Notes: generated by a model not told the origin, from the letters alone. Positions 10,728 through 23,334 are shown, counted from the first letter of the whole stretch. The stretch is 63,986 nt of DNA, filler included, from Octopus bimaculoides (GCF_001194135.2; 8 parts of 7 records of this genome joined end to end with filler, not necessarily neighbours in it), one strand, 5' to 3'. Program-made: numbers and translations.

Positions 10728-11439
10728 TCGTTATCGTTAACCCGGCTATATTATCTTTCTCTACAAAAATTAATTTCGCATCTGTTATAAAACGAAACCT
10801 TTATTTTTTTAATAAGGTGAATGTCCATATTTGGAAAGAAGTGTCTCACATTCTTATTTATCCTTCTAAAATTCACAGCTAATTCCAATATAATCACAAT
10901 CTACGCCATCTGAAATATATTTGTAGAAAATTTCATCAAAAGATATTCGTTTTTCATAAAGTTATGAGGAAACAAAATCAACGGAGCACACTTGTGTAGG
11001 TAGATACACCGCAGAGTAGCTGTAGTGTTTGGGGAAATGACGAAACGACCATCCTTTCATATTTCGTGTTACGGCATCGACTTGTTTCTCCTTTGAATTG
11101 GTTCAATTAACCTTAACCCTTGCCTAGACCAGTTTTGCTTTATGCCAATATATGAAATCCTAATTGAAGGCGGAACTAAGGCGTTCGTTTTCGCAGAATA
11201 GATTCACACATAGATTCTGGGTTGTTGTATATCGTATTTAGTTTCGTTCTTCCTCTTTTTTTAAAGGCCGATTTCACATTTCATCTTTTAGGAATCAATA
11301 ATATCGGAGCAATAGTTCTGTTTTTGAGGTTTTCCGTCCCAATAACAGAAGACTGTTGAAATAAATATTAATAAAATGCAAAACTGGTCGACGTTAACCT
11401 GATTATATTTTCTTTTTCCACAAAAATTTGTCTTGCACC

Positions 11440-11539
11440 NNNNNNNNNNNNNNNNNNNNNNNNNNNNNNNNNNNNNNNNNNNNTTAATTAATTAANNNNN
11501 NNNNNNNNNNNNNNNNNNNNNNNNNNNNNNNNNNNNNNN
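11440..11539. other. Artificial scaffold join (44 N + TTAATTAATTAA + 44 N)
   Basis: The same linker occurs at 11484, 17580, 24252, 38011, 55133, 58836 and 62704. It encodes stops in all six frames and marks gaps of unknown size. Confidence 0.95.
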
Positions 11540-11834
11540 CTTTAGCCAAACTCAAGTATACATTGCCTGTTATATATACGTACCGCCATTGACAAATGAG
11601 TCCCCAGTCCTTACAAAATTTTCAACAGCCCACTCACAGGGGTCGTACTACCTTTTTTAAGAATCCCTGATCTATATTCTTGCATACCATTTTCCGATTA
11701 TCAGCCTCTCATTCTAACATTAAATTTTTATTTTATGAAGTAAAACGTCATAAACAGCCATCATCATTGTCTCTTTGGGTATCTTTTTCTATTCAATGAA
11801 CACAAATACAGTTTTATAAAACCAGATCAAGAGG

Positions 11835-12090
11835 GATTTTGATTCCTATGTGACACCTCATTGTTTCCATGTGTTTGATGACTTCTAGAAAAGATATAGT
11901 GTAGCCCTTGACATCGGGAAATCCTTCAACTGTTTGTGGCAAGAGAACTTCTTGACACAGTTACAATCCATCTGATGAATTTAGTTGTCCCTCATCTCCT
12001 GGACTGAATATTACCTGCCAGAATACTCCATCGCTGTGTGTGATGCTGGTCTTCTCTCTCACTTACACTCTATCAATTCTGACATTTCAT
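11835..12090 (+). pseudogene. Decayed LINE (CR1/Jockey-like) reverse transcriptase fragment
   Basis: A single frame from 11901 reads VALDIGKSFNCLWQENFLTQLQSI**I*LSLISWTEYYLPEYSIAVCDAGLLSHLHSINSDIS. This follows the LINE RT pattern VALDISKAFDRVWH..LL.KL...W..SFL..RS..V.....S....INSGVPQG at the expected spacing, with in-frame stops. Confidence 0.75.
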
Positions 12091-12890
12091 CACGTTTTGG
12101 TTAAATATTTATAAGAGGATTAGAGGAAAGAGATGAAGAAAGAAATGAAATATCATGAACGAATATTTGTGGTTATTTAGGAAGATTTCAAATCGTGTAT
12201 AAAATAATCAACAATCAAATTTAAGAAGGCAATATAAAGAACAACTTACTCTATCTGGATGGCTTTTGATGAACTTTTTCACATATTTAATGTCTCCCTC
12301 GAAAATTTTCTTTATAAGTGTATTTACATCCATGTCTTTTAAATAAAAGATGATAAAAGAGGAAGTAAAAAAGCTTTTTTTTTTAACTTATAAAATGAGG
12401 TAAACAACAATATAAAGAAGACTGTATTTCTAAATTCTCGCATAAAATGACATAAATATTGGAAACTTCAGTTTATATAAAGTAATGTTTAATACTGAAT
12501 GTTCTTCCTGACGCTAATAAACCTAACAACAGCCATTGTGCTGTGTCTCTTGGTTTGGGACATTACTCTGCTTATTACAGTTAAACCCTGAGTACTGCAG
12601 ACTGTTGGTCAGTCATTTAGGAGGAGAAAACTATATTTTGNNNNNNNNNNNNNNNNNNNNNNNNNNNNNNNNNNNNNNNNNNNNNNNNNNNNNNNNNNNN
12701 NNNNNNNNNNNNNNNNNNNNNNNNNNNNNNNNNNNNNNNNNNNNNNNNNNNNNNNNNNNNNNNNNNNNNNNNNNNNNNNNNNNNNNNNNNNNNNNNNNNN
12801 NNNNNNNNNNNNNNNNNNNNNNNNNNNNNNNNNNNNNNNNNNNNNNNNNNNNNNNNNNNNNNNNNNNNNNNNNNNNNNNNNNNNNNNNNN

Positions 12891-12932
<42 letters not shown>

Positions 12933-13530
12933 GTATAGGGAGAGAAAGAGAGAGAGTTAGGAAACAGAGATCTAATGGATACAAATTAATTTATTAATTA
13001 ATCAACATATTAACAAACAATTGTTTCATGTCTTAAATAAGATTAAAATAACAAAACATAAGTAAAAATATCATTTCGCATTTTCAATACCTTATAAGGA
13101 AAATCAGCAGGGTTTTCAGCAGACAATTAGGATTACGTTAGGATAATTTTGGAATATACAGAATATATAAACGTGTTTACTATGCATGTTTGAGGCGCAG
13201 TTGAGCGAGTGACCAACAAAACTCCTTGTATCACCAAAGATGAACTAAAGGCAAGTATTATGGCAGTATTTACCAGCTTAGACGTTATTATGTATCACCG
13301 AGATCCCAGAAACAGCTGTTGGACTTGTAATACCTTCCTTCAACCCCTTTGATTTTCTCTGTAATTTGTACCCTGTGTAAGTGGGACCTTTTTATATGTC
13401 TACATATAAACACATTTTGTATTTGATTTATTTAATATACTTTTTATATTGATGTGTCTGATTTGCTTATCCCTAAACTTGCCTAAATACACACACACAC
13501 ACAAATATATACATATATATATATATGTCT

Positions 13531-13755
13531 TTTATTCTTTTATTTGTTTCAGTCATTAGATTGCAGCCATACTAGACCACCGCATCGAATTTTTTAGTAG
13601 ATTGGATCAACCGCAGTACTTAGTTTTTTAAAGCAAGGTATCTATTCTATTTGTAGATTTTCCCGAACCGTTAAGTTACGGTGACATAAAAAAAACAACA
13701 CCGGTTGTCAAGCGGTTGTGGGAGAGAAACTTAGGCACAAAGACACACACACACA
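13531..13755 (-). mobile_element. SINE-A 3' module
   Basis: ttgtttcagtcattagattgcagccatactag...ccgaaccgttaagttacgg...ccggttgtcaagcg, followed by (CA)/(TA)n. Confidence 0.75.
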
Positions 13756-14020
13756 CATTTATATATACATATATATACATATATATATATATATTTATAT
13801 ACACACACACAGAGGCACATATTCCCTAACTCGTCGAAACGCTTAGATTTAGAATGGTGGCAGCTGATGAAGGAAATGTTCTCTATGTGGCCTGTGTGTT
13901 TTCTGTACTCTGTTTATCATTTTGTCTACGTTTTGTTTGCAATGTCCTGTACCCAGATATGCATCTATATATACATGTACGTATATATGCATATACTCAT
14001 TTAATATTTGTATTATATAT

Positions 14021-14075
<55 letters not shown>

Positions 14076-14377
14076 NNNNNNNNNNNNNNNNNNNNNNNNN
14101 NNNNNNNNNNNNNNNNNNNNNNNNNNNNNNNNNNNNNNNNNNNNNNNNNNNNNNNNNNNNNNNNNNNNNNNNNNNNNNNNNNNNNNNNNNNNNNNNNNNN
14201 NNNNNNNNNNNNNNNNNNNNNNNNNNNNNNNNNNNNNNNNNNNNNNNNNNNNNNNNNNNNNNNNNNNNNNNNNNNNNNNNNNNNNNNNNNNNNNNNNNNN
14301 NNNNNNNNNNNNNNNNNAAATTATCGAAAATAAATTCTATTCAAAAATACAGTTAATCGTCAGGTCGAAATACAACA

Positions 14378-14392
14378 ATAATAATAATAATG

Positions 14393-14456
<64 letters not shown>

Positions 14457-14478
14457 ATGATAATAAATAAATAAATAA
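14378..14478. repeat. (AAT)n followed by (AAAT)n microsatellite
   Basis: Direct reading. Confidence 0.95.
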
Positions 14479-17009
14479 ATAAATGTATATATCAACCAAG
14501 AATAAGTACCAAATTAATTTATATAAAATACTTATTTTATAAAGATAGAAAAATATTATTAAAAATATCAAAATAATAAACATTCCATAATCATCCCTAC
14601 AACCATTATAATATATGCTAACATGTATATTATATACAAAAACCAGCTTACATAAATTATTATCGTTTTAAATACAGTTTGAACAAAGTTTACGCTTAAA
14701 ATAATAACAAAGATAATATTAGTACGTATTTAACCGGTTAAAGCTAGACTATTAAAGACTAAAAACGTTTATTTAATTATCATTAAATATCAATTGAATA
14801 ATAGAAACATACAAGAATACTTATTTCTACAAACGTAGAAATAAAAATAAAAACATAAATGAAAAAATTAATAATGAAAAAAATTATTATGAATGAAAGA
14901 TTAAACTTTATATAAAAAAACTTCAATAAAAAAAAACCTTTAACGATATTATAAACAATAAAGACTTATTATTAATCAAATATTATTAATCAAAAATAAT
15001 CGAAAATATTTCAATCCTATTCAAATTGTTTAATTTTTAGACAATTCTCTTGGCTTAGTTCTAGAAATATACACATTTAATAATCAGAGTAATCAAATCA
15101 ATGTAGAATTATAAACATAAAAATTAAGATTGCTTTAAAATATTTGACTTTTTAGCTGAAGGCAGAGATTTATTGTATAGATTGCATTAAAGTATATGAA
15201 GAAAATATTTCAGGAAAATGTATCTGATGTTATCATGGAATTCGTTTCGCAAATTCTGAATTTTCCTTGAGATATAAAAATCCCAAACATTTTCTTTCCT
15301 TAAAATTGATCAAATATTTTTGAGATTCTTTAAAAACATATAAACTTTCTCTTACTTCTTTGGGAAATGCTTGAAATCCTGGACATATTTTTTATTGTTT
15401 AGAAAATGTTTTGAGAAAACTAGCACAACTGTGAATATAAAGGTGTGTATGTGTGTGTTCATGTATGTATGTATGTATGTATGTACGTATGTATGCATGC
15501 ATGCATGGATATATTTATGTTTATAAAATCCATCATTGAAGCATGCTGTAAATGTGTTAGTATTTGATATATGTGCTACATTTCATAACCCAGCAGTTCC
15601 ACAAATGCAGTTAAAATATGCGCCAGACCTAGAGAGAAATACTGGTGTTCATATGATCGATCAAACACACCAAGGTAATGCTCCTGTATGGCCACGCTTC
15701 AATGATTAAAACACCTAACTCACATATTATATAGCTTGAAATCTCTCTAATGCCACCACCATTTAGTCTGTGAATTTATTTCCATCTCCAAACATCACAC
15801 TCACCCTTCAATTATTTTTCATGTCTTTCTTTCTCATCTACAATCTACACTTTTACATAATCATTTCCATTTTTCTTTCAATTCAATGGACAATTCCACA
15901 GAATTCATCAATAATATTTCTAAATTTAACAAATTATGATAGATTATTTTTCAAATCCAATATTTAAATGTAATCTATAAAATATTATCTTTTTAAACAT
16001 AATTGTATGTTTAACTTAGTTAATTCTCATCTATGGCCAAAGACGTCCTGACCATGACCCTCCCATATTCTTCATTATCTACTATGTTTAGCTCGCACTG
16101 CATTTTAGAGACCCCATTTTTGGTTCGTAATATTATTTATAATTATTCCACGTTTAAAAATGAAATCAAAATCATTTAAAAAATTTCATTTATTGAAAGA
16201 CGAAAGAGATATAATTAGTATAGTCGTTAAGGTATTACTGTGACTCTTTGTATTCTGGGTTCAAATCCTGCTAAGGTCAGTTTTGATTTTTATCATGCAA
16301 GTGTGGGTAAAAAAAGTACCAGTCTGCAGTGGTGGTCTTCTGGAATTAAATATTGGACGCGATGCCTTGTAGTATTTAATGTGGTACTACATTTTATGAG
16401 TTGAAGTCCCTGTGCTGTGTGTGTGGGTGGTAAATTTCTCGCTGACTAAGCTTTGATAAAAATGAAGTTGTGAAAAACAACCAATTAACTTAACAGTCAT
16501 AAAATTGATTTACAAAATTTTAATTTCACTCTAGAGTTAGAAATCCAGTGTTAACTACAGCAAATATTTTATCATTAGATGAACATTTCCATTCCTTTAA
16601 TTTCCATCAAATAGATTTTACAAAGATTTAGCCAAACTATACTTTATATTATATTCTGGAAATGAAGTGTTTCTTTACTTATAATATAACACCATAAAAT
16701 GTTTAAAACGGTGTGTGAAAAGAAAATAAATTTCTATGGAACAGTATATTTACGTTTGAAATAGTTGTAATGAACATTTAATGATGTAAAGATGTTAGTA
16801 AATTGTGTGTTAAATAAATATATATGAAAAGAAAATTATTTACCAGATTCAGTTATTGGGTTTTGATTCGGGGTTGAAGTGTCTGTATCTCAGAAATATT
16901 CTGCGTCCGCTTCGTTCAAACAACGATGAAAATGTGAAACTACCAACAGTTAAAAGGACACTTCAAATGAATCAGGAAGTAGTAGGCACTACCTCCTCAT
17001 GTATGTGTG

Positions 17010-17042
<33 letters not shown>

Positions 17043-17095
17043 GCATATATCAGTATTGTGTATGTATATTTACATATATATACACACTGTAACGA

Positions 17096-17140
<45 letters not shown>

Positions 17141-18039
17141 CTCTCCATATATATATATATATATACGTATGTATATATTCTAGCAGCACGCCACCTTTAT
17201 GATGATGATGATGTTGTTGATGACGACTATGACAACGGCAAGAAGAAGAGAAGGAAGAATCTTGTTGATAAGCGTCAGATTGATTATATTGAAGAATTGT
17301 TTGCTGTTGTTTGTAGAAGCTAAAGTATTTTCTTACAAATAGTCACACATCATCATATCTTTCAATGAATTGTATTTTATAATCTTTAAAAGAGGTACAT
17401 ATCTTTGTTATGGAGACTGAAAATGTTCAGAGTGATTTGTGAAAATCTTTTTATTCTTCCACAAATTAAATGGGTATAAAATACTTTTCTTTCATTTCAA
17501 ATTTTCTAATATTTACATTTTCTCTTTAGAAACCANNNNNNNNNNNNNNNNNNNNNNNNNNNNNNNNNNNNNNNNNNNNTTAATTAATTAANNNNNNNNN
17601 NNNNNNNNNNNNNNNNNNNNNNNNNNNNNNNNNNNAATAGAAGTGTTTTAACTGATTTTTCTGTGTACATATACGCATTATCATTTATATTTTCACTCTT
17701 ACCCCTGTTCTGACTCTTATCAATATTATTTTTTTTAAATATATAAATATGCATTTACGTATGATTTTTGGGATGTATGGACATTTTTGTGTAAAAATGT
17801 ATTTATTAAAACATAGGTTTGTTTATATATTAAAAAAGGAATGTACTTGTGAATAAGTATGGGAGCATATTTGTGTAGACGTATTTTTTATCTTTATTTT
17901 TATTTAAAAAAAGATATAAGTAAACGTTTAGATGTTTATATATGTGTAAATATAAATGTGTGTATATGATTGCGTATACAGGTTTATGTGAGTGTGAGTG
18001 TCCACATGTGTATGTATGTGTATATATACACACACACAC

Positions 18040-18075
<36 letters not shown>

Positions 18076-18218
18076 GTATGTGTCTGTGTATGTATCTATA
18101 TGTGTGTGTATGTGTATGTATATATGTATGTATGTGTATGGGTATGTGTGCATGTGTATGTGTGTGTGTATGTACATGTATTTGTGTGTATGTGTATATA
18201 TATATATATATATATATA

Positions 18219-19260
18219 CAGATAAAGTTAAGAATAATAATAGCCTGGAAATTTTGGGTTAAGACACTTTGAGAAGAAAAAGTTGAACACGCTATCTGCT
18301 TCGAGATTCATTGTTACAAAAAAAAGAAGCACACACGCGCGCGCACATAAGACAACACACGTCCCCATNNNNNNNNNNNNNNNNNNNNNNNNNNNNNNNN
18401 NNNNNNNNNNNNNNNNNNNNNNNNNNNNNNNNNNNNNNNNNNNNNNNNNNNNNNNNNNNNNNNNNNNNNNNNNNNNNNNNNNNNNNNNNNNNNNNNNNNN
18501 NNNNNNNNNNNNNNNNNNNNNNNNNNNNNNNNNNNNNNNNNNNNNNNNNNNNNNNNNNNNNNNNNNNNNNNNNNNNNNNNNNNNNNNNNNNNNNNNNNNN
18601 NNNNNNNNNNNNNNNNNNNNNNNNNNNNNNNNNNNNNNNNNNNNNNNNNNNNNNNNNNNNNNNNNNNNNNNNNNNNNNNNNNNNNNNNNNNNNNNNNNNN
18701 NNNNNNNNNNNNNNNNNNNNNNNNNNNNNNNNNNNNNNNNNNNNNNNNNNNNNNNNNNNNNNNNNNNNNNNNNNNNNNNNNNNNNNNNNNNNNNNNNNNN
18801 NNNNNNNNNNNNNNNNNNNNNNNNNNNNNNNNNNNNNNNNNNNNNNNNNNNNNNNNNNNNNNNNNNNNNNNNNNNNNNNNNNNNNNNNNNNNNNNNNNNN
18901 NNNNNNNNNNNNNNNNNNNNNNNNNNNNNNNNNNNNNNNNNNNNNNNNNNNNNNNNNNNNNNNNNNNNNNNNNNNNNNNNNNNNNNNNNNNNNNNNNNNN
19001 NNNNNNNNNNNNNNNNNNNNNNNNNNNNNNNNNNNNNNNNNNNNNNNNNNNNNNNNNNNNNNNNNNNNNNNNNNNNNNNNNNCTATTACCACAATAACAT
19101 TAATAAGAACGAATAAAAGTCACAGCTCGGTGATCAAAGGCATTTTAAAAAATTTATATCCAATGACGCTGTGTGATCACATATTTCGAGGAAGTTTTCG
19201 CTCCAACAATCTGTTACCAGTCATGCATAACTGACAAAATGCTCACGGTGCAATAAGTTT
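18219..19260 (+). repeat. Local direct duplication, copy 1 (partner 22403-23334)
   Basis: 18219-18368 is nearly identical to 22403-22552, and 19083-19260 is nearly identical to 23133-23334. A 714-N gap lies between the two matched parts. Confidence 0.9.
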
Positions 19261-19893
19261 CCAAAAGCTTAAGTTTCAGATCAGAACGTTAATTCTTGTA
19301 AACACGAACGAAAATACGTTTTCGTTCGATACAAACCAACTTAACGCATAAAATCGTTCTTATTTTCAGCAGGATAAGAAACATTGCAAAGCTTTATAGT
19401 TATCTTTGTTTTTCATGAACCTCTTTTTAAAGAACTCTTGTAACTTCCAGTTGTCTTGCAAAGCCACCTTACAAATATTCTATTAGTTTACTTGTACAGT
19501 TTACAGTTTATTTGTACTTCTGGTTATGTAATCAATACTCTACTAAAGTCAGTGTTTTTATTCACTCCATTTTGATTCACTTCACTTCACCTTAAGCCGT
19601 TTTTATACTTTTATCCATTTTCTTTATTTTATCTTCATTTTGTTTCCAAACCATCGCGTTTTCAATCAATTTTTTTGAAGCGATTTTTGATTTCCTTTGT
19701 CATGTTTTTATATACTGTTGGTCACAATACGCTTCAGCTCATGGTTTTACCTTTCAGCTGATGCCTAAGGAGTGGCATCATTAGAAAGCTAAAACAATAA
19801 GCTGAAGCTTATTAGGCTGACAGGATTATACCGCATAAGTGACTGAGAGCATGTGACCTATAAAGGGGACGCCAGTTTGTCGTAAGGTTCTTT

Positions 19894-20030
19894 GTTTACA
19901 GCAAAGTGAACTGGAGCAACGTGAAATGAAGTGTTTTGCTCATAAACACAACGCAACTCCTCATCGGAAATCGAAAGCTCGATCTTGTGATCGTAACTGC
20001 AACACCATAACCACTACGCCACGTGCCTTT
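19894..20030 (-). mobile_element. SINE-D 5' half
   Basis: gtgaactggagcaacgtgaaatgaagtgttttgctc...ggaaatcgaa...taaccactacgccacgtgcctt. Confidence 0.7.
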
Positions 20031-20192
20031 AAATATATATATATTATATAAATTATTACAAATTAAAAGGGTAAAGATTTATCAATTTATTAATTTATTA
20101 ATAAGTCAACAATTAATAATTTTTACCAAGCCCCTCGGTATGTAAGCACCATTATCGGTGGAGAACTTATTTAACAATTCTCATACATTTAT

Positions 20193-20395
20193 AAACATAA
20201 TTAAGGGATCAGCAAGCATTTGCTTCACCATATACCGAAGTTCAGAAATAGCAGCTAAAAAAGTTGAGACTCCAACAGATAGCATTACTTGAGTTACAAG
20301 TATTGCTATCTGTTGAAGTCTCAGCTTTTTTAGCTGCTATTTCTGAACTTCGGTATATGGTGAAGCAAATGCTTGCTGATCCCTTAATTATGTTT
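20193..20395. repeat. Fold-back inverted repeat, 99-bp arms, 5-nt loop
   Basis: 20193-20291 is the reverse complement of 20297-20395 apart from 3 substitutions. The loop is agtta. The right arm runs into an N gap. Confidence 0.95.
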
Positions 20396-20762
20396 NNNNN
20401 NNNNNNNNNNNNNNNNNNNNNNNNNNNNNNNNNNNNNNNNNNNNNNNNNNNNNNNNNNNNNNNNNNNNNNNNNNNNNNNNNNNNNNNNNNNNNNNNNNNN
20501 NNNNNNNNNNNNNNNNNNNNNNNNNNNNNNNNNNNNNNNNNNNNNNNNNNNNNNNNNNNNNNNNNNNNNNNNNNNNNNNNNNNNNNNNNNNNNNNNNNNN
20601 NNNNNNNNNNNNNNNNNNNNNNNNNNNNNNNNNNNNNNNNNNNNNNNNNNNNNNNNNNNNNNNNNNNNNNNNNNNNNNNNNNNNNNNNNNNNNNNNNNNN
20701 NNNNNNNNNNNNNNNNNNNNNNNNNNNNNNNNNNNNNNNNNNNNNNNNNNNNNNNNNNNNNN

Positions 20763-20965
20763 GTGTGTCTGTGTTTGTCCCACAACATCGCTTGACAACC
20801 GATGCTGGTGTGTTTACGTCCCCATCACCGAGCGGTTCGGCAAGAGAGACCGATAGAATAAGTACTAGGCTTTCAAAGAATAAATCCTGGGGTCGATTTG
20901 CTCGACTAAAGGTGGTGCGACAGCATGGCCGCAGTCACGTGACTGAAACAAATAAAAGAATAAAA
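20763..20965 (+). mobile_element. SINE-A 3' module
   Basis: gtgtttgtcc...cgcttgacaaccgatgctggtgtgtttacgtccc...gcggttcggcaagagagaccgatagaataagtactagg...cagcatggccgcagtc. Confidence 0.85.
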
Positions 20966-21148
20966 GAATATATAAACAGCTTGGCTGCTTGTTTCTCTGG
21001 AGACTATCAGAATGATGTAGACGTCTCTGATGAGAATCCAATAAAGTTCGAAAATCGATTAAGGTTGTTCATCATTTTTTTCAGTCTGTGGTGAAAGGGC
21101 TAAAATTTGCCCTGTTTATTGTATGTATGTATGTATGTATGTATGTAT

Positions 21149-21466
21149 AAAAGGATGAAGGGCAAAGTTGGTTTCGGTAGATTTTGAGCTCAGAAGGTAA
21201 ATAAAGAACCAGAAGAAATATCGGTAAGCATTTTGTCCGACGCGCTAACGATTCTGCCAGTTTACTACTTTAATTTACAATTTCATATTTTAGCACAAGT
21301 CTAGCAATTTTAGGGGAAGGAATAAGTCGATATCATCGATCCCAGTGAACAACTAGTACTTACTTTATCAACCCGAAAGAAATGAAAGGCAAAGTCGATG
21401 TTAAGCCAGAAGAAATGCTGTTAAGTATTATTCCCTGTTGCGGTAACGATTCTGCCAACACGCCGC
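21149..21466 (-). mobile_element. Two tandem SINE-B remnants
   Basis: The sequence aaggatgaagggcaaagt...gctaacgattctgccag occurs twice, with deletions. Confidence 0.7.
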
Positions 21467-21789
21467 ATGCATATATCTATATTACATTAAAAGTGAGTTC
21501 AATCTTGCTTGCTTGCTTGCTTGCAATGTTAGTCAGCGAAATTGGTGCATAATGGGAAAATACCATGAATTAAGTTTACCCTGAAATGTTAATACGAATC
21601 GAATGAAACAAGTTTCTCGTAAATCGGTAAAGTAGTTTTCAAGTTATTAGAGATTTTAAGGGTATAAATACTCAAAACGGCGCATGATGGGAAAAATGTT
21701 CCGAAAATAATCTTCATCCTGAAAGGGAAGAAACTCTTATGTTTCTATTAGACTGAGTTTTTTTTTTTTTTTTTGAGTGCATTCAACGT

Positions 21790-21900
21790 ATTTGGATGCT
21801 ATTTCTAGAACGCCCTGCTATCACGTAACAGCTATTTACGATAAAGGACCCGAAATACCTGTTACGTGGTAGTAGGGCGTGCAAGAAATAGCAGTTAAAT
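21790..21900. repeat. Imperfect hairpin, ~48-bp arms, 15-nt loop
   Basis: Core arms 21797-21837 and 21853-21893 pair with 5 differences, two of which are G:U on the + strand. The ends carry the repeat motif attt(a/g)gctgctatttctag. Confidence 0.8.
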
Positions 21901-22301
21901 CTTTCCTTTTCTGGGGGAAGGAGCCATTTACACACGATTTCGATGGGACATACGTTGAAAGCATGTGATATAACCTGGAAAAGAAAAGAAAAAAACCCCA
22001 CGAAACAAAACTCTGTTGCTGGGAAACTCAGAGTTTCCCGGTACCNNNNNNNNNNNNNNNNNNNNNNNNNNNNNNNNNNNNNNNNNNNNNNNNNNNNNNN
22101 NNNNNNNNNNNNNNNNNNNNNNNNNNNNNNNNNNNNNNNNNNNNNNNNNNNNNNNNNNNNNNNNNNNNNNNNNNNNNNNNNNNNNNNNNNNNNNNNNNNN
22201 NNNNNNNNNNNNNNNNNNNNNNNNNNNNNNNNNNNNNNNNNNNNNNNNNNNNNNNATATACACACACACACATGCAGCATACATACGCACACACACATAT
22301 T

Positions 22302-22374
<73 letters not shown>

Positions 22375-22402
22375 ATTTATATGATTTATATATATATATA
22401 TA

Positions 22403-23334
22403 CAGATAAAGTTATGAATAATAATAGCCTGGAAATTTTGAGTTAAGACACTTTGAGAAGAAAAAGTTGAACACGCTATCTGCTTCGAGATTCATTGTTA
22501 CAAAAAAAAGAAGCACACACGCGCGCGCACATAAGACAACACACGTCCCCATACGTACGTATGTATATTCGGTTTATTGTCTCTTTACTACATGACCAGA
22601 TGTTTCGATTCTCGTCTCTACAGAATGCCTTCAGAATTTCTCTCTTTTCTCTCTCTTTATTTCACTCACTGTATATGTACAAACATATATAGTTCCATAC
22701 ATATATACGTAATTACATATGTTGATATGCATATGTCTGTCTGTCTGTCTGGCTGTTTTTGTGGATGTGTGCAATTTTTCTTCAACCAGATATGCTAACA
22801 AATCCTCTATGAATATTTTTATTTTACTACGACCGAAGCATTAACACCCACTACAACAAGAACAAACCAACAGTACAAAGCCGAAAAATAGATTTCCACC
22901 ATTATCTCCAAAAAGATTACCCTCCTCCGCAATATTTTCTCTCCAATACAACATAATCACATTCATGCTCTCAGATGAACCTCTTACCTCCACTTCGGAT
23001 TTCCTCTGCTCTTAGAACAAATCGTATGACGAAATTGAGAGAAAAATTTTATCGTTAGACGTCTTGAATGCTATGACGACAGCTACTCAATAACTAACCC
23101 TCTCACCCACCATGACATCATCATGCCCACACTATTACCACAATAACATTAATAAGAACGAATAAAAGTCACAGCTCGGTGATCAAAGGCATTTTAAAAA
23201 ATTGATATCCAATGACGCTGTGTGATCACATATTTCGAATTATTTGGTTCATCTCAGGCTACGCCGAACCGTATTGTCAAGGAAGTTTTCACTCCAACAA
23301 TCAACTGACAAAATGCTCACGGTGCAATAAGTTT
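22403..23334 (+). repeat. Local direct duplication, copy 2
   Basis: Partner of 18219-19260. Relative to copy 1 it carries an extra 42 bp (attatttggttc...attgtcaa) and lacks 17 bp (tgttaccagtcatgcat). Confidence 0.9.

Larger units (their letters stand above)
9760..11669. mobile_element. Possible decayed non-autonomous hAT (Charlie-like) element
   Basis: Left end is CAGTGTTTCTCAACC and right end is TTAAGAATCCCTG. The flanks tcctagat and atctatat match at 5/8 and both resemble the nTCTAGAn target. The interior has three copies of a ~55-bp gaaaatttcattaaaaaata...aaagttatga motif. An artificial join (11440-11539) lies inside, so continuity is unproven. Confidence 0.35.

Noticed and set aside
11484-11495. 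Recurrent TTAATTAATTAA as a biological motif
   Set aside because: It is always centred in exactly 88 N and encodes six-frame stops, so it is an assembly spacer.
13811-13880. Further hammerhead candidate (tcgtcgaaacgctta; CTGATGA at 13864-13870)
   Set aside because: The GAAAC lacks an upstream CUGANGA (truncated at a microsatellite), and the CTGATGA has no following stem II and GAAA.
14480-15200. Extremely AT-rich stretch resembling mitochondrial DNA (NUMT; weak ND6-like hydrophobic frame)
   Set aside because: I could not recognise any mitochondrial gene or tRNA with confidence, and composition alone is insufficient. BLASTN against cephalopod mitogenomes would settle it.
16894-17000. AG...GT-bounded 107-bp open segment (NILRPLRSNNDENVKLPTVK...)
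   Set aside because: No recognisable homology, the donor is supplied by a (TG)/(TA) microsatellite edge, and there are no partner exons.
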